A stretch of DNA of 64,000 nt, taken from contig JAFWZV010000011.1 in NCBI GenBank assembly GCA_017517305.1, positions 38,192 through 102,191 of the forward strand. The letters are read 5' to 3'. The stretch is from Lachnospiraceae bacterium. GTDB taxonomy: Bacteria > Bacillota > Clostridia > Lachnospirales > Lachnospiraceae. Shown here piece after piece: positions 28,777-38,052 of this stretch. Each line of letters begins with the position of its first letter. Positions within the stretch are counted from its first letter, which is position 1. The notes below the pieces were generated by a model that worked only from the letters and a program-made list of their open reading frames with translations, did no database searches and had not been told where the DNA came from. Made by a program: the position numbers and the translations under genes.

Positions 28777-29223
28777 CCTAACTATCATATCAACCTGCTT
28801 AATCCCTATGATGTGGATGATATATCCGTGTTTAAAACGGATTTACAAATGTTTATCGGTATGGTAAAATGCAATAAAGATAAGGATAAAATGAAAAATT
28901 ACATATTTCAGCATGAGGAGTATTTCAGCAATCTGGATTATGAGTCGGGTATAGTGTATGACCAGGTTTTGAATGTAGGCAAGTTTGTCAAAAAGGAGCT
29001 AGGTGAGAAAGGGGAGAAGGTTGATATGTGTAAGGCGATACAGGATATGTATGATAGTGCAAAGGAGGAAGGAATAGAGCAAGGAATAAATCAGGGAATA
29101 GCTAAGCTTATAACTGTTCTCAGAGGATTAGGTATTTCTGATGGGCAGATTATAGATGAGCTTATGGAAAAATACGAAATGTCTAGAGAAGAAGCCAGCA
29201 AGCGCTTGGAGGCATTTGTATAA
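28777..29223 (+). pseudogene. 5'-truncated Rpn / PD-(D/E)XK transposase-family gene; C-terminal part intact
   Basis: PNYHINLLNPYDVDDISVFKTDL and MCKAIQDMYDSAKEEGIEQGINQGI...GISDGQII typify the Rpn-family C-terminus; nuclease half absent. Confidence 0.7.
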
Positions 29224-29304
29224 TTTGAAAATGTTTGTCGGTATGGGAAATGTAACAGAGGTAAGTTTAGAAGTTAGGTATTTGATGGAATAGAATAAAA
29301 AAGG

Positions 29305-29332
29305 TTAATAAATAGTCGTGAAATGTCGATAT
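29305..29332 (+). promoter_or_regulatory. Putative sigma28 promoter upstream of the pse cluster
   Basis: TTAA-16 nt-GTCGATAT. Confidence 0.5.
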
Positions 29333-29386
29333 AATATTATAAGGTGTATCACAATTCATGACATGGAAGTCGAATGAGATATATTA

Positions 29387-29427
29387 GGGCGAATTCTATG
29401 CATAGAGGTGTGGAGTTCGTCTTTTTT
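29387..29427 (+). terminator. Terminator-like hairpin in the pseB leader
   Basis: gggcgaattc / gagttcgtc stem with G-U pairs followed by tttttt. Confidence 0.5.
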
Positions 29428-29549
29428 GATGGCGAAAGCTGTAAGAAAAAAGTACTTTTTCTATATAAATTAAATGGATTATGATATAGTTAAAGTAGTT
29501 GATATGATGCACGATTTTTCAATATATACAAGGAAGGATAATAAGATAT

Positions 29550-30548
29550 ATGTTAAATGAGAAAGTAATATTAGTTACTGGGGGAACAGGTTCATTTGGA
29601 CATCAGTTTGTGTCATATGTATTAGATAATTATGAACCTAAAAAAATAATTATATATTCAAGAGACGAGTACAAGCAGTTTATAATGCAGAATGAATACA
29701 AGAATCATCCACAGTTTAAAAAGCTTAGGTTTTTTATAGGTGATGTAAGAGATAAAGATAGGTTGTATCGTGCATTTGATGGAGTGGATTACGTTATTCA
29801 TGCTGCAGCACTAAAGCAGGTTCCTGCCTGTGAGTACAATCCTATGGAAGCAGTAAAGACAAATATTAATGGTGCAATGAACATAGTTGATGCAGCCTTA
29901 GATTGTGGAGTAAAACGTGTAGTTGCCTTATCTACAGACAAAGCAGTTAATCCAGTAAATCTATATGGTGGTACAAAGCTGGTGTCAGACAAGCTGTTTA
30001 TATCTGCAAACGCTTACGCAGGAGAAAAGGATGTTAATTTCTCAGTGGTTAGATACGGAAATGTAGCAGGAAGTAGAGGTTCCGTAATACCATTCTTTAG
30101 AAATATTATTGAAAATGGTGGCACGTCCCTTCCGATTACAGATTACCGTATGACAAGATTTTGGATTAGTTTAGAGGAAGGTGTGCAGCTTGTCATCAAG
30201 GCCCTTACTGAAGCTCAGGGTGGAGAAACATTTATATCTAAGATACCTTCATTTAAGATAACTGATTTAGCACAGGCTATGCTTCCAGGTTGCGATATGC
30301 CAGAGGTAGGTATACGTGAGGGTGAGAAGCTTCATGAGGTTATGGTTACAAGAGAGGACTCTATGACTACATATGAATACGATAAGCATTATATAATTTA
30401 CCCGCATTATTCCTGGTGGAATGAGGATAAAATTGCGCCAGGTGGCAAGAAGGTGGAGCATGGGTTTGAGTACAGTTCAGGAACTAACAAAGAATGGCTT
30501 AGCGTGGAAGAATTGAGAAAATTGTTGAAATGTGTTGGAGAGCATTAG
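29550..30548 (+). CDS. pseB: UDP-GlcNAc 4,6-dehydratase (inverting), PseB
   Basis: VTGGTGSFG, YSRDEYKQ, HAAALKQVPACEYNP, ALSTDKAVNPVNLYGGTKL, VRYGNVAGSRGSVIP, GIREGEKLHE. Confidence 0.95.
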   Translation: MLNEKVILVTGGTGSFGHQFVSYVLDNYEPKKIIIYSRDEYKQFIMQNEYKNHPQFKKLRFFIGDVRDKDRLYRAFDGVDYVIHAAALKQVPACEYNPMEAVKTNINGAMNIVDAALDCGVKRVVALSTDKAVNPVNLYGGTKLVSDKLFISANAYAGEKDVNFSVVRYGNVAGSRGSVIPFFRNIIENGGTSLPITDYRMTRFWISLEEGVQLVIKALTEAQGGETFISKIPSFKITDLAQAMLPGCDMPEVGIREGEKLHEVMVTREDSMTTYEYDKHYIIYPHYSWWNEDKIAPGGKKVEHGFEYSSGTNKEWLSVEELRKLLKCVGEH

Positions 30549-30608
30549 GACAATGGGTGCATACAGAGTTTTCCTAAAATAACACAAAAAAGTTAGGGGT
30601 CATGTGTG

Positions 30609-31301
30609 ATGAAAAAAAGATGCTTAGCAGTTATAACTGCAAGAGGTGGAAGCAAAAGAATACCACGAAAAAACATAAAGGACTTTTGTGGAAAGCCTAT
30701 TATGGCATATTCTATAGAAGCAGCATTAGAATCAAATATATTTGATGAAGTTATGGTTTCTACGGATGATGAGGAAATAAAAGAAATTGCATTAAAATAT
30801 GGTGCAAAGGTACCATTTATGCGATCAGAGGAAGCTTCTAATGATATGGCCACAACCCATGAGGTAATATTAGAGGTGCTGAGAGCTTATAAAGAACTGG
30901 GTACGGAATTTGATTATGTATGCTGTATATATCCTACTGCACCGTTTGTAACTAAGGAAAAACTACAAGAGGGTTTTGACAAAATTACAAAGGAAGAAGC
31001 GGACACAGTAATCCCTATAGTTGCATTTTCATTTCCACCTCAGCGTTGCTTTATAATTAAAGATGAAAAGGTATCATTTAAGTGGCCAGAGAATAGATTA
31101 AAGCGCTCACAAGATTTGGAAAAGTTGTATCATGACGCAGGCCAGTTTTATTTCTTGAATGTAGAAAGATTCCAAGAATCAGAGAATATGATTATGGAGA
31201 ATACCGTTCCAATAATTGTAGATGAAATGGAAGTTCAGGATATAGATAATGAAGTTGATTGGAAATTGGCAGAGTTAAAGTATCAGTTGCTTAAGGAATA
31301 G
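30609..31301 (+). CDS. pseF: CMP-pseudaminic acid synthetase PseF
   Basis: AVITARGGSKRIPRKNIK, VMVSTDDEEI, CCIYPTAPF, RSQDLEKLYHDAGQFY, VQDIDNEVDWKLAE. Confidence 0.92.
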   Translation: MKKRCLAVITARGGSKRIPRKNIKDFCGKPIMAYSIEAALESNIFDEVMVSTDDEEIKEIALKYGAKVPFMRSEEASNDMATTHEVILEVLRAYKELGTEFDYVCCIYPTAPFVTKEKLQEGFDKITKEEADTVIPIVAFSFPPQRCFIIKDEKVSFKWPENRLKRSQDLEKLYHDAGQFYFLNVERFQESENMIMENTVPIIVDEMEVQDIDNEVDWKLAELKYQLLKE

Positions 31302-31315
31302 TAGAATGGAGTTCG

Positions 31316-32353
31316 GTGGAGAGCATGAATTTATACAATAAAATCAAAGAAGGAAAAACATATATCATCGCTGAGATGTCTGCAAATCATGCAGGAAGCA
31401 TAGATAGGGCAAAGGAAATTATTCATGCGGCTAAAGAAGCTGGAGCAGATTGTATAAAAATTCAGACATATACAGCTGATACCATAACAATAGATTGCAA
31501 CAATGAATTTTTTTATCTAGATGAAGGAACGTGGAAAGGAGAAAATTTATACCAATTGTATAAAAAAGCATATACACCATGGGAGTGGCAGGCAGAGTTA
31601 AAAGCTGAAGCAGAGAAGATAGGTTTAGAGTTTTTATCCACACCATTTGATAGAACAGCCGTAGATTTTTTGGAGGATTTAGGAGTTGAATTTTATAAGA
31701 TAGCATCATTTGAGTTGGTTGATATTCCACTTATTGAATATGTTGCATCAAAGGGTAAACCTATAATTATGTCTACAGGTATGGGGACTTTAGAAGAGAT
31801 TGAAGAAGCAGTTGCAACTATAAAAAAATATCATAATAACATAATCTTGTTAAAATGTTCAAGTGCATACCCTGCTATTTCAGACGATATGAATTTAAAT
31901 ACAATGGTAGATTTAAAGAACCGGTTTTCTTTGCCAGTTGGTTTATCAGATCATTCAATGGGGGATATTGGTGCGATTGTGGCTGTTTCTATGGGAGCAA
32001 GTGTTATTGAGAAACATTTTTGTATAAGTAGAGAGGTGGAAAATGCAGATTCCACATTTTCTATGGAACCAGATGAATTTGCGAAAATGGTAGAAGATAT
32101 TCGTATGGTAGAAAAAGCCAAGGGAACCATTTATTATGGTTGTACAAAACAAGAACAAAGTAATTATAATTCTAGAAAATCAATTTTTGTTGTGAAAGAT
32201 ATTGAACAGGGAGAAATATTTACGGAGGAAAACATTAGGGTAATAAGACCAGGATATGGTTTACATCCTAGAGAATATAAAAAGGTAATTGGTAAGAAGG
32301 CAGCTACTACTTTGAAAAAAGGCATACCACTAAAAGAAGAGTATATTAGTTAG
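31316..32353 (+). CDS. pseI: Pseudaminic acid synthase PseI
   Basis: IIAEMSANHAG, IKIQTYTADTIT, KIASFELVDIPLI, GLSDHSMG, IEKHF, C-terminal SAF domain VIRPGYGLHP. Confidence 0.93.
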   Translation: MESMNLYNKIKEGKTYIIAEMSANHAGSIDRAKEIIHAAKEAGADCIKIQTYTADTITIDCNNEFFYLDEGTWKGENLYQLYKKAYTPWEWQAELKAEAEKIGLEFLSTPFDRTAVDFLEDLGVEFYKIASFELVDIPLIEYVASKGKPIIMSTGMGTLEEIEEAVATIKKYHNNIILLKCSSAYPAISDDMNLNTMVDLKNRFSLPVGLSDHSMGDIGAIVAVSMGASVIEKHFCISREVENADSTFSMEPDEFAKMVEDIRMVEKAKGTIYYGCTKQEQSNYNSRKSIFVVKDIEQGEIFTEENIRVIRPGYGLHPREYKKVIGKKAATTLKKGIPLKEEYIS

Positions 32354-32366
32354 TTGCAAGGAGGTT

Positions 32367-32945
32367 ATGATGAATACGTTTTATTCAGAAGATGAATTGA
32401 AGGCTTTGGGACTAAAATCATATGGTGAAAATGTATACATTGGAAGACACGTTATATTATATAGCCCTGAGAAATTAGAGATAGGAAATAATGTAAGAAT
32501 AGATGATTTTAGTATATTAAGTGGAAATATAAGGCTTGGAAATTATATTCATATCTCTCATTTTTGTGGCTTGTATGGAGGGGATAAAGGAATAGTAATG
32601 GAGGATTATAGTGGATTATCATCTAAAGTTACTGTTTATGGTGTTTCAGATGATTATTCGGGCAATTCTATGACAAATCCTATGATCCCAGCAGAATACA
32701 AACCATTTAGTACACAAGAAAAAGTAGAAATTAAAAAACATGCAATTGTTGGTGCAGGATCAATTATATTACCTGGAGTAATTGTCGGCGAAGGAAGTAG
32801 CATTGGTTCTATGAGCTTATGCATAAGGGATACTGAGCCGTGGAGTATTAATGTGGGGATACCAGCAAAAAAGATAAAAGAAAGAAGTAAAGAACTGTTG
32901 ATATTAGAAAAAAATTTTAGAGAGAATAGAAATAGTGAATATTAA
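32367..32945 (+). CDS. Hexapeptide-repeat N-acyltransferase, VioB-like
   Basis: ELKALGLKSYGENV, IGNNVRIDDF, DDYSGNSMTNPMIP, VGIPAKKIKERSKELL resemble VioB-type 4-amino-sugar acyltransferases. Confidence 0.75.
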   Translation: MMNTFYSEDELKALGLKSYGENVYIGRHVILYSPEKLEIGNNVRIDDFSILSGNIRLGNYIHISHFCGLYGGDKGIVMEDYSGLSSKVTVYGVSDDYSGNSMTNPMIPAEYKPFSTQEKVEIKKHAIVGAGSIILPGVIVGEGSSIGSMSLCIRDTEPWSINVGIPAKKIKERSKELLILEKNFRENRNSEY

Positions 32946-33327
32946 AATTGGTGATAGTTATTCTGAACAATTTAAGATTACAAAGGAAATGGTGATAAGA
33001 TTTGCAGAGCTGACAGGCGATAAAAATCCTATACACCTTGATCCAGATTATGCAAAGAATACTAGATTTGGTGAATGCATTGTTCCAGGAATACTGATAG
33101 CGGGTTTGCTATCTAAGATAATAGGTATGGATTTTCCTGGTAATGGATCAATTTATTTAGGGCAGGACTTAAATTTTTTAGCTCCTGTATATTTGGATGA
33201 CATAATCGAAATTACATGTGTAGTTGAATTTATTGACGAAAAAGGCCATGTTCTTATAGATAATTTAATTAAGAACAATGAGAATAAGATAGTAATAAGA
33301 GGTAAGTCTAAAGTGAAGGTATTATAA
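32935..33327 (+). CDS. MaoC-family (R)-specific enoyl-CoA hydratase
   Basis: FAELTGDKNPIHLDPDYAKNTRFGECIVPG, FPGNGSIYLGQDLNFLAPVY. Confidence 0.9.
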   Translation: MNIKIGDSYSEQFKITKEMVIRFAELTGDKNPIHLDPDYAKNTRFGECIVPGILIAGLLSKIIGMDFPGNGSIYLGQDLNFLAPVYLDDIIEITCVVEFIDEKGHVLIDNLIKNNENKIVIRGKSKVKVL

Positions 33328-33351
33328 TCATAGAAAATAAGGAGTAGGGTT

Positions 33352-33390
33352 ATGTACATACCATATGGAAAATCGTATAGGGAGTGGTAG
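33352..33390 (+). pseudogene. Ghost 5' end of a pseC copy (MYIPYG...)
   Basis: aaggagt RBS + atg tac ata cca tat gga encodes MYIPYG, identical to the start of intact pseC at 39135, then stops after 12 codons. Confidence 0.65.
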
Positions 33391-33620
33391 TATTTCTTAC
33401 GAATAACAAATGTATGCTTTCATTATATGAATGGTTGTCAGCTCGGGGGAATGTATATTTATTAAGTGATTCACTTACTATGGAACAGGTGTATAAATTA
33501 AAACCTACTTGTGTAGTTAGTTATAATTACATACATACTATTCAAGATGATGTAATAGAGTATATGAATGTAAGAATTACAGTAAATGTCATAACTTTAG
33601 AACTTTGTATAGCTTGTTGA
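33384..33620 (+). pseudogene. Truncated sugar N-formyltransferase fragment
   Basis: VFLTNN...LYEWL...VVSYNYIHTIQDDVI resembles a formyltransferase N-terminus; the catalytic INLHxSxLP motif is absent in all three frames downstream. Confidence 0.6.
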
Positions 33621-33670
33621 TTAAGGATATATATAAGGTTGATAAAAACCTATTGTAGGAGTTGATATAG

Positions 33671-35056
33671 ATGGAAGAAAGTATTTTAAATAAGATAATT
33701 TCAGAATTACATAATATTGATTTTTCGGATGCTTTTATATATGACTCTATAGAAAATAAGGAATATTCTTATTTTGAACTTTTTTCAAGGGCATATTATG
33801 TTGGAAGTAATATTTTGGATGATAGTAATGTTGTCGTAATGGATAATAGCTTTGACTTATTGATACTTTATTTTGCTGCAATGTTTAGAAATTCAACAAT
33901 TATAGCCATAGATCCTGATAAAAATCAAAGAGAAATAGACTTAATTAAGTCATATCATAAAGATAGTAATATCATTAATGAATATACTATTACAAAGTAT
34001 GATTTTATCACAAGAGAACAAATTCTGCATTTATTTAATGGGATAGATTATGATAAAGATTTTTTAATTACTTATACATCGGGTAGTACGGGAAATCCTA
34101 AAGGAGTTGTTCATTCTATAGGAAATTTGTATCATAGTGCATTGAATTTTGGAAAAAAATTAAATTATGGTAGAGAAAACAAGATGTGTCATGTGATGCC
34201 AATGACATATATGGCGGGAATACTAAATTCCATAATCTTACCATTTATAACTGGTGGAAAAATAGTTTTATTTCCAAGATTCAGCGTAAAAAATGTTGCC
34301 CAATTTTGGAACAGAGTAATTAGTTATGAGGTTAATACTTTTTGGCTATCTCCCACAATGCTTCATTTAATTATGAAAATTGATAGAGGACAGAAAGTAA
34401 CAGAATACTTTAAAGATAGAAGAATAACCATATCTGTAGGTACTGCTCCTTTACCAATTGCGCTAAAAAAAGAGTTTGAGGAAAGATATAATGTTACTGT
34501 GTATCAAAGTTATGGCTTATCAGAAACTTTGTTTTTAACTACAGCAAATAATTCATTAAGTGATTTTGAATCGGTTGGGAAGAAACTAGATGATGTTGAA
34601 GTACTTTTATCTGAAGATTGTGAATTGCTCGTTCAGGTTCCATGGATGTTTAAAGGGTATGTTAATGATGATATATCCAATTATTTATACAATGGATACT
34701 ATAAAACAGGTGATTTATGTGCATGTAAAAACAATGAATTATTTATCACTGGAAGAAAGAAAGAATTAATTATAAAGGGTGGAATTAATATTAATCCAAA
34801 GGATATTCAAAATATTATTGAACAAATACCAGATGTTAATGAAGTCTGTGTTGGCTCTGTAGTGCTAATGAACGAGGAAAGAATTGTTTGCTGGTATAGT
34901 GGTGAAGAATTAGCTGAAACGGAAATTAACACTATTATATATGAACAGTTAGGAAAAAATTATAGAATTGATTACTTTAGAAGAGTAAGTTCTTTGCCAA
35001 AAAATTTAAATGGGAAAATTGATAAGTTGAAATTGGTTGAGGAGTTTGAAATATAA
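33671..35056 (+). CDS. Adenylate-forming enzyme (acyl-CoA/acyl-ACP ligase)
   Basis: TYTSGSTGNPKGV, YGLSET, YKTGDL, GRKKELIIKGGINI, LPKNLNGKIDK. Confidence 0.9.
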   Translation: MEESILNKIISELHNIDFSDAFIYDSIENKEYSYFELFSRAYYVGSNILDDSNVVVMDNSFDLLILYFAAMFRNSTIIAIDPDKNQREIDLIKSYHKDSNIINEYTITKYDFITREQILHLFNGIDYDKDFLITYTSGSTGNPKGVVHSIGNLYHSALNFGKKLNYGRENKMCHVMPMTYMAGILNSIILPFITGGKIVLFPRFSVKNVAQFWNRVISYEVNTFWLSPTMLHLIMKIDRGQKVTEYFKDRRITISVGTAPLPIALKKEFEERYNVTVYQSYGLSETLFLTTANNSLSDFESVGKKLDDVEVLLSEDCELLVQVPWMFKGYVNDDISNYLYNGYYKTGDLCACKNNELFITGRKKELIIKGGININPKDIQNIIEQIPDVNEVCVGSVVLMNEERIVCWYSGEELAETEINTIIYEQLGKNYRIDYFRRVSSLPKNLNGKIDKLKLVEEFEI

Positions 35057-35057
35057 G

Positions 35058-35672
35058 ATGATTATTAAACTAGATCATATATCCTATTCAGGTAAATATA
35101 GTGATGCAAAGTCGATTTTTAATAAGTTCATAAAATATGATATTGATTTTGAAGAGAAGGATTTATTGAATATTGAATGTAAAAATGAGTTGTTTAATGA
35201 GACACAAATCAAACATGACTTGTATATGATGAAGTGTAATAATGAACTTCCGATTGAAATAACCCTTTACGCAAACTGCACCAATGATGAACCTATGCTT
35301 GATGTACGTGATAAAAAAATATTTATAAAGTCAAACGATCCCAGTGCTACAGAAAAATTATTTTTTGATGTTGGATTCAAAAGAAAGGATGATTACGTAT
35401 ATTTAAAGCCTATAATGGATAATACAGAAGTGAAGATATATGTTGAGCCATCATATTCTACATATAATAGAAAATTAGATAATTTTGGTTACTCATCATT
35501 GGCATTTTGGAGTAGCAATATTGATAAAGACAGAGAAAAATATCATAAATTAGGATATAAAGTAACAGATATAGAAAAACTGTTAGTTAATGGTAAAATA
35601 TTAGATATATTTTTTTTGAATGGAAATAATGGGGAGATTCTAGAATTTATAGGAGTGGACAAAAATAGATGA
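35058..35672 (+). CDS. VOC (glyoxalase/epimerase) fold protein
   Basis: IKLDHIS N-terminus; SLAFWSSNIDKDREKYHKLGY...FFLNGNNGEILEFI C-terminal VOC pattern. Confidence 0.6.
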   Translation: MIIKLDHISYSGKYSDAKSIFNKFIKYDIDFEEKDLLNIECKNELFNETQIKHDLYMMKCNNELPIEITLYANCTNDEPMLDVRDKKIFIKSNDPSATEKLFFDVGFKRKDDYVYLKPIMDNTEVKIYVEPSYSTYNRKLDNFGYSSLAFWSSNIDKDREKYHKLGYKVTDIEKLLVNGKILDIFFLNGNNGEILEFIGVDKNR

Positions 35673-36325
35673 AGATAATTGATTTATCACTAGAATTAGA
35701 TAACGATTGTATGACTTGTGGAACACCATGGCATGAACAGGTTAATATACGTGCTTTAGGGAAATTATCACAAGTGGGAAGGAATACATCTACAATAAAA
35801 CTAGGGAGTCATTCTGGTACTCATATTGACGCACCGTTACATTTTTTTGATAATACATATGGTGTTGATAAATTGAATTTAAATGTTTTGTGTGGACAAG
35901 TTCAAGTAGTGAATTTTACAAGGTTCCAACAAGGGACATGTGTGGGCATAGAAGATATAAAAAAAATAGATATATCTGAAAGAATGATATTTAGATTCGA
36001 TTGGCACAAGAAGTGGAAGTCAAAAGATTATTATAGTGACTTCCCGTATTTTACAATAGATGCTGCCAAGTATCTTGTTGAAAATGGGCTAAAACTAATA
36101 GCTTTGGATACGCCATCGCCTGACTCGGGAAGTAACATAAATGAACTCGGAGAGAATGATTCTCCTGTTCATAAATTATTGTTGAGTAATGACGTAATAA
36201 TTGCGGAATATCTTACTAACACAGATAAGCTGGATGAACGGAGTAACATGCAAATTGTCGCATTGCCTTTAAAAATTGAAGGTGTTGATGGATCACCAGC
36301 AAGAATTATTGTGATGGAGGAATAG
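35669..36325 (+). CDS. Cyclase-family (kynurenine formamidase-like) metal-dependent hydrolase
   Basis: IIDLSL, SHSGTHIDAPLHF, IALDTPSPD, VHKLLL...IAEYLTN, LPLKIEGVDGSPARI. Confidence 0.9.
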   Translation: MKIIDLSLELDNDCMTCGTPWHEQVNIRALGKLSQVGRNTSTIKLGSHSGTHIDAPLHFFDNTYGVDKLNLNVLCGQVQVVNFTRFQQGTCVGIEDIKKIDISERMIFRFDWHKKWKSKDYYSDFPYFTIDAAKYLVENGLKLIALDTPSPDSGSNINELGENDSPVHKLLLSNDVIIAEYLTNTDKLDERSNMQIVALPLKIEGVDGSPARIIVMEE

Positions 36326-36327
36326 TA

Positions 36328-36567
36328 ATGAATATGAGAGATTGGATAGTAAAATGGTTTGTAGACCATACAGGAAAAACAGAGAGTGAGATAGTAAGAG
36401 ACGCAAAGGAAAACTATTTTGATTTGGGTTATATTGATTCATTTGAGTTTATAGAGTTGATTAGTGATCTTGAAGAGGCTGGAATTCAATTGAATAATGA
36501 CAGCTTTGAAGATAGAAGATTTGCTACAATCGAAGGTTTGATTGAAATCCTAAGCGATATAAATTAG
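36328..36567 (+). CDS. Acyl carrier protein
   Basis: 79 aa, acidic, YFDLGYIDSFEFIELISDLE phosphopantetheine motif. Confidence 0.88.
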   Translation: MNMRDWIVKWFVDHTGKTESEIVRDAKENYFDLGYIDSFEFIELISDLEEAGIQLNNDSFEDRRFATIEGLIEILSDIN

Positions 36568-36582
36568 AAGTGGGGGGATTAT

Positions 36583-37272
36583 ATGTTAAATGAACAAACA
36601 AGCTATTGGACAGCACAATATTTGCGAACAGAAAAAATGGCATATCCAGCTGAGTATGTAATTAGGATGTTTAAAGGAAAATTTCCTAAGTTAGATTTAA
36701 AAAAAGAGCTAGGAGGTTATGATGATAAAAGTATACTTGATATAGGATGTGGAGATGGACGACATTTGTGTTTCTTCAAAGAACAGGGATTTAAAGAGAT
36801 ATGTGGAACGGAAATTTCAGAAGAAATAGTAAAAAAATTAAAAAAAGATTTGGAGAATATAGGAGAATTCGATATAAGAGTAGGCGTAAATAATAATCTT
36901 GGATTTGAAGATGATAAGTTTGATTGTTTGCTGTCTTGGAATGTGTGTTATTATTTAGATGACAAAATGGATTTTGTGTCACACATAAATGAATATGCAA
37001 GAGTTCTAAAAAAAGATGGTATATTGGTATTTTCCATACCATGTAAGGATTGCTTTGTTTATAAAGATGGAATTGAAAAAGATGGATTTATGGAGATAAG
37101 AAATGATTATTTCAAAATTAGAAATGGCTCCATTCAAAAAATATTTCAAAATGAGGAGGATATTGAGAAGACGTTTGGAGAAAAGTTTAAGGATTTTGTA
37201 TTTGGAAAGATTGACTGTGACTGCTTTGGTTTAGATTATAAATGGTATATAGGATATTGTAGAAAAATATAA
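36583..37272 (+). CDS. Class I SAM-dependent methyltransferase
   Basis: ILDIGCGDGRH, CGTEIS, FDCLLSWNVCYY, ARVLKKDGILVFS. Confidence 0.9.
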   Translation: MLNEQTSYWTAQYLRTEKMAYPAEYVIRMFKGKFPKLDLKKELGGYDDKSILDIGCGDGRHLCFFKEQGFKEICGTEISEEIVKKLKKDLENIGEFDIRVGVNNNLGFEDDKFDCLLSWNVCYYLDDKMDFVSHINEYARVLKKDGILVFSIPCKDCFVYKDGIEKDGFMEIRNDYFKIRNGSIQKIFQNEEDIEKTFGEKFKDFVFGKIDCDCFGLDYKWYIGYCRKI

Positions 37273-37284
37273 TTGGAGTGTAGT

Positions 37285-38052
37285 ATGGGGTATACATATA
37301 ACGATATAGTTGACGCTTTAAAAAACTTAAATATAAATGAAGGTGATAGTATTTTTGTGCACAGTAATCTCGGTTTTTTTGGAAAGATGGAAAATTGTTC
37401 AAATGCAGATGAATTGTGCGAAAACTTTTTGAATGCAATAGTTGAAGTTATAGGTGAAGAAGGTACATTGGTGTTACCAGCTTTTTCATATTCGTTTTGT
37501 AATAATGAGATTTTTGATGTAAATAATACGTGTACAAAATGTGGAATATTTTCTGAGTATCTTAGAAAAAAGGAAGGTTCTGTAAGGTCACAGGATCCTA
37601 ATTTTTCAATTGTGGCATATGGAAAGGAAAAAATATATTATACAGAAAATCCAACGAATGAATCCTTTGGGAAAGGGAGCTTTTGGGAAAGATTCTTAAA
37701 TCGTAAGGGGAAAATCGTATGTATGAATTTTGATTCAGGGTCAACCTTCGTTCATTATGTTGAAAGGCAAAATAATGTTCCATATAGGTATAATAAAGCA
37801 TTTAATGGGATTATTAAGGATAGGGATAAAGAACGAAAAGATTATTTTGTTCACTATGTATATGATAAAGATGTTTTGGAGGATGCACCAAGTTTTAATT
37901 ATCTAGATGCGCTGTGCAAGAAAAATGGGATTTGTAAAAGTGTTTGCATTGGACGTGGTATTATAAATGCAATGGAGTCAAAAGTATATTATGATTTTAT
38001 TTGTGAAATGTTAAAGAAGGAACCGCGTTTTTTGACGAGGGGGCGTGTGTAA
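37285..38052 (+). CDS. AAC(3)-fold (Antibiotic_NAT) N-acyltransferase
   Basis: LNINEGDSIFVHSNL, GTLVLPAFSYSF, GIFSEYLRK...RSQDPNFS, TFVHYVER...VPYRYNK; ATG 37285 behind ggagtg. Confidence 0.88.
   Translation: MGYTYNDIVDALKNLNINEGDSIFVHSNLGFFGKMENCSNADELCENFLNAIVEVIGEEGTLVLPAFSYSFCNNEIFDVNNTCTKCGIFSEYLRKKEGSVRSQDPNFSIVAYGKEKIYYTENPTNESFGKGSFWERFLNRKGKIVCMNFDSGSTFVHYVERQNNVPYRYNKAFNGIIKDRDKERKDYFVHYVYDKDVLEDAPSFNYLDALCKKNGICKSVCIGRGIINAMESKVYYDFICEMLKKEPRFLTRGRV

Noticed and set aside
37285-38052. AAC(3) gene as an aminoglycoside resistance determinant
   Set aside because: Embedded in an ACP/pse cassette with no mobile-element context; the fold is also used for sugar N-acylation
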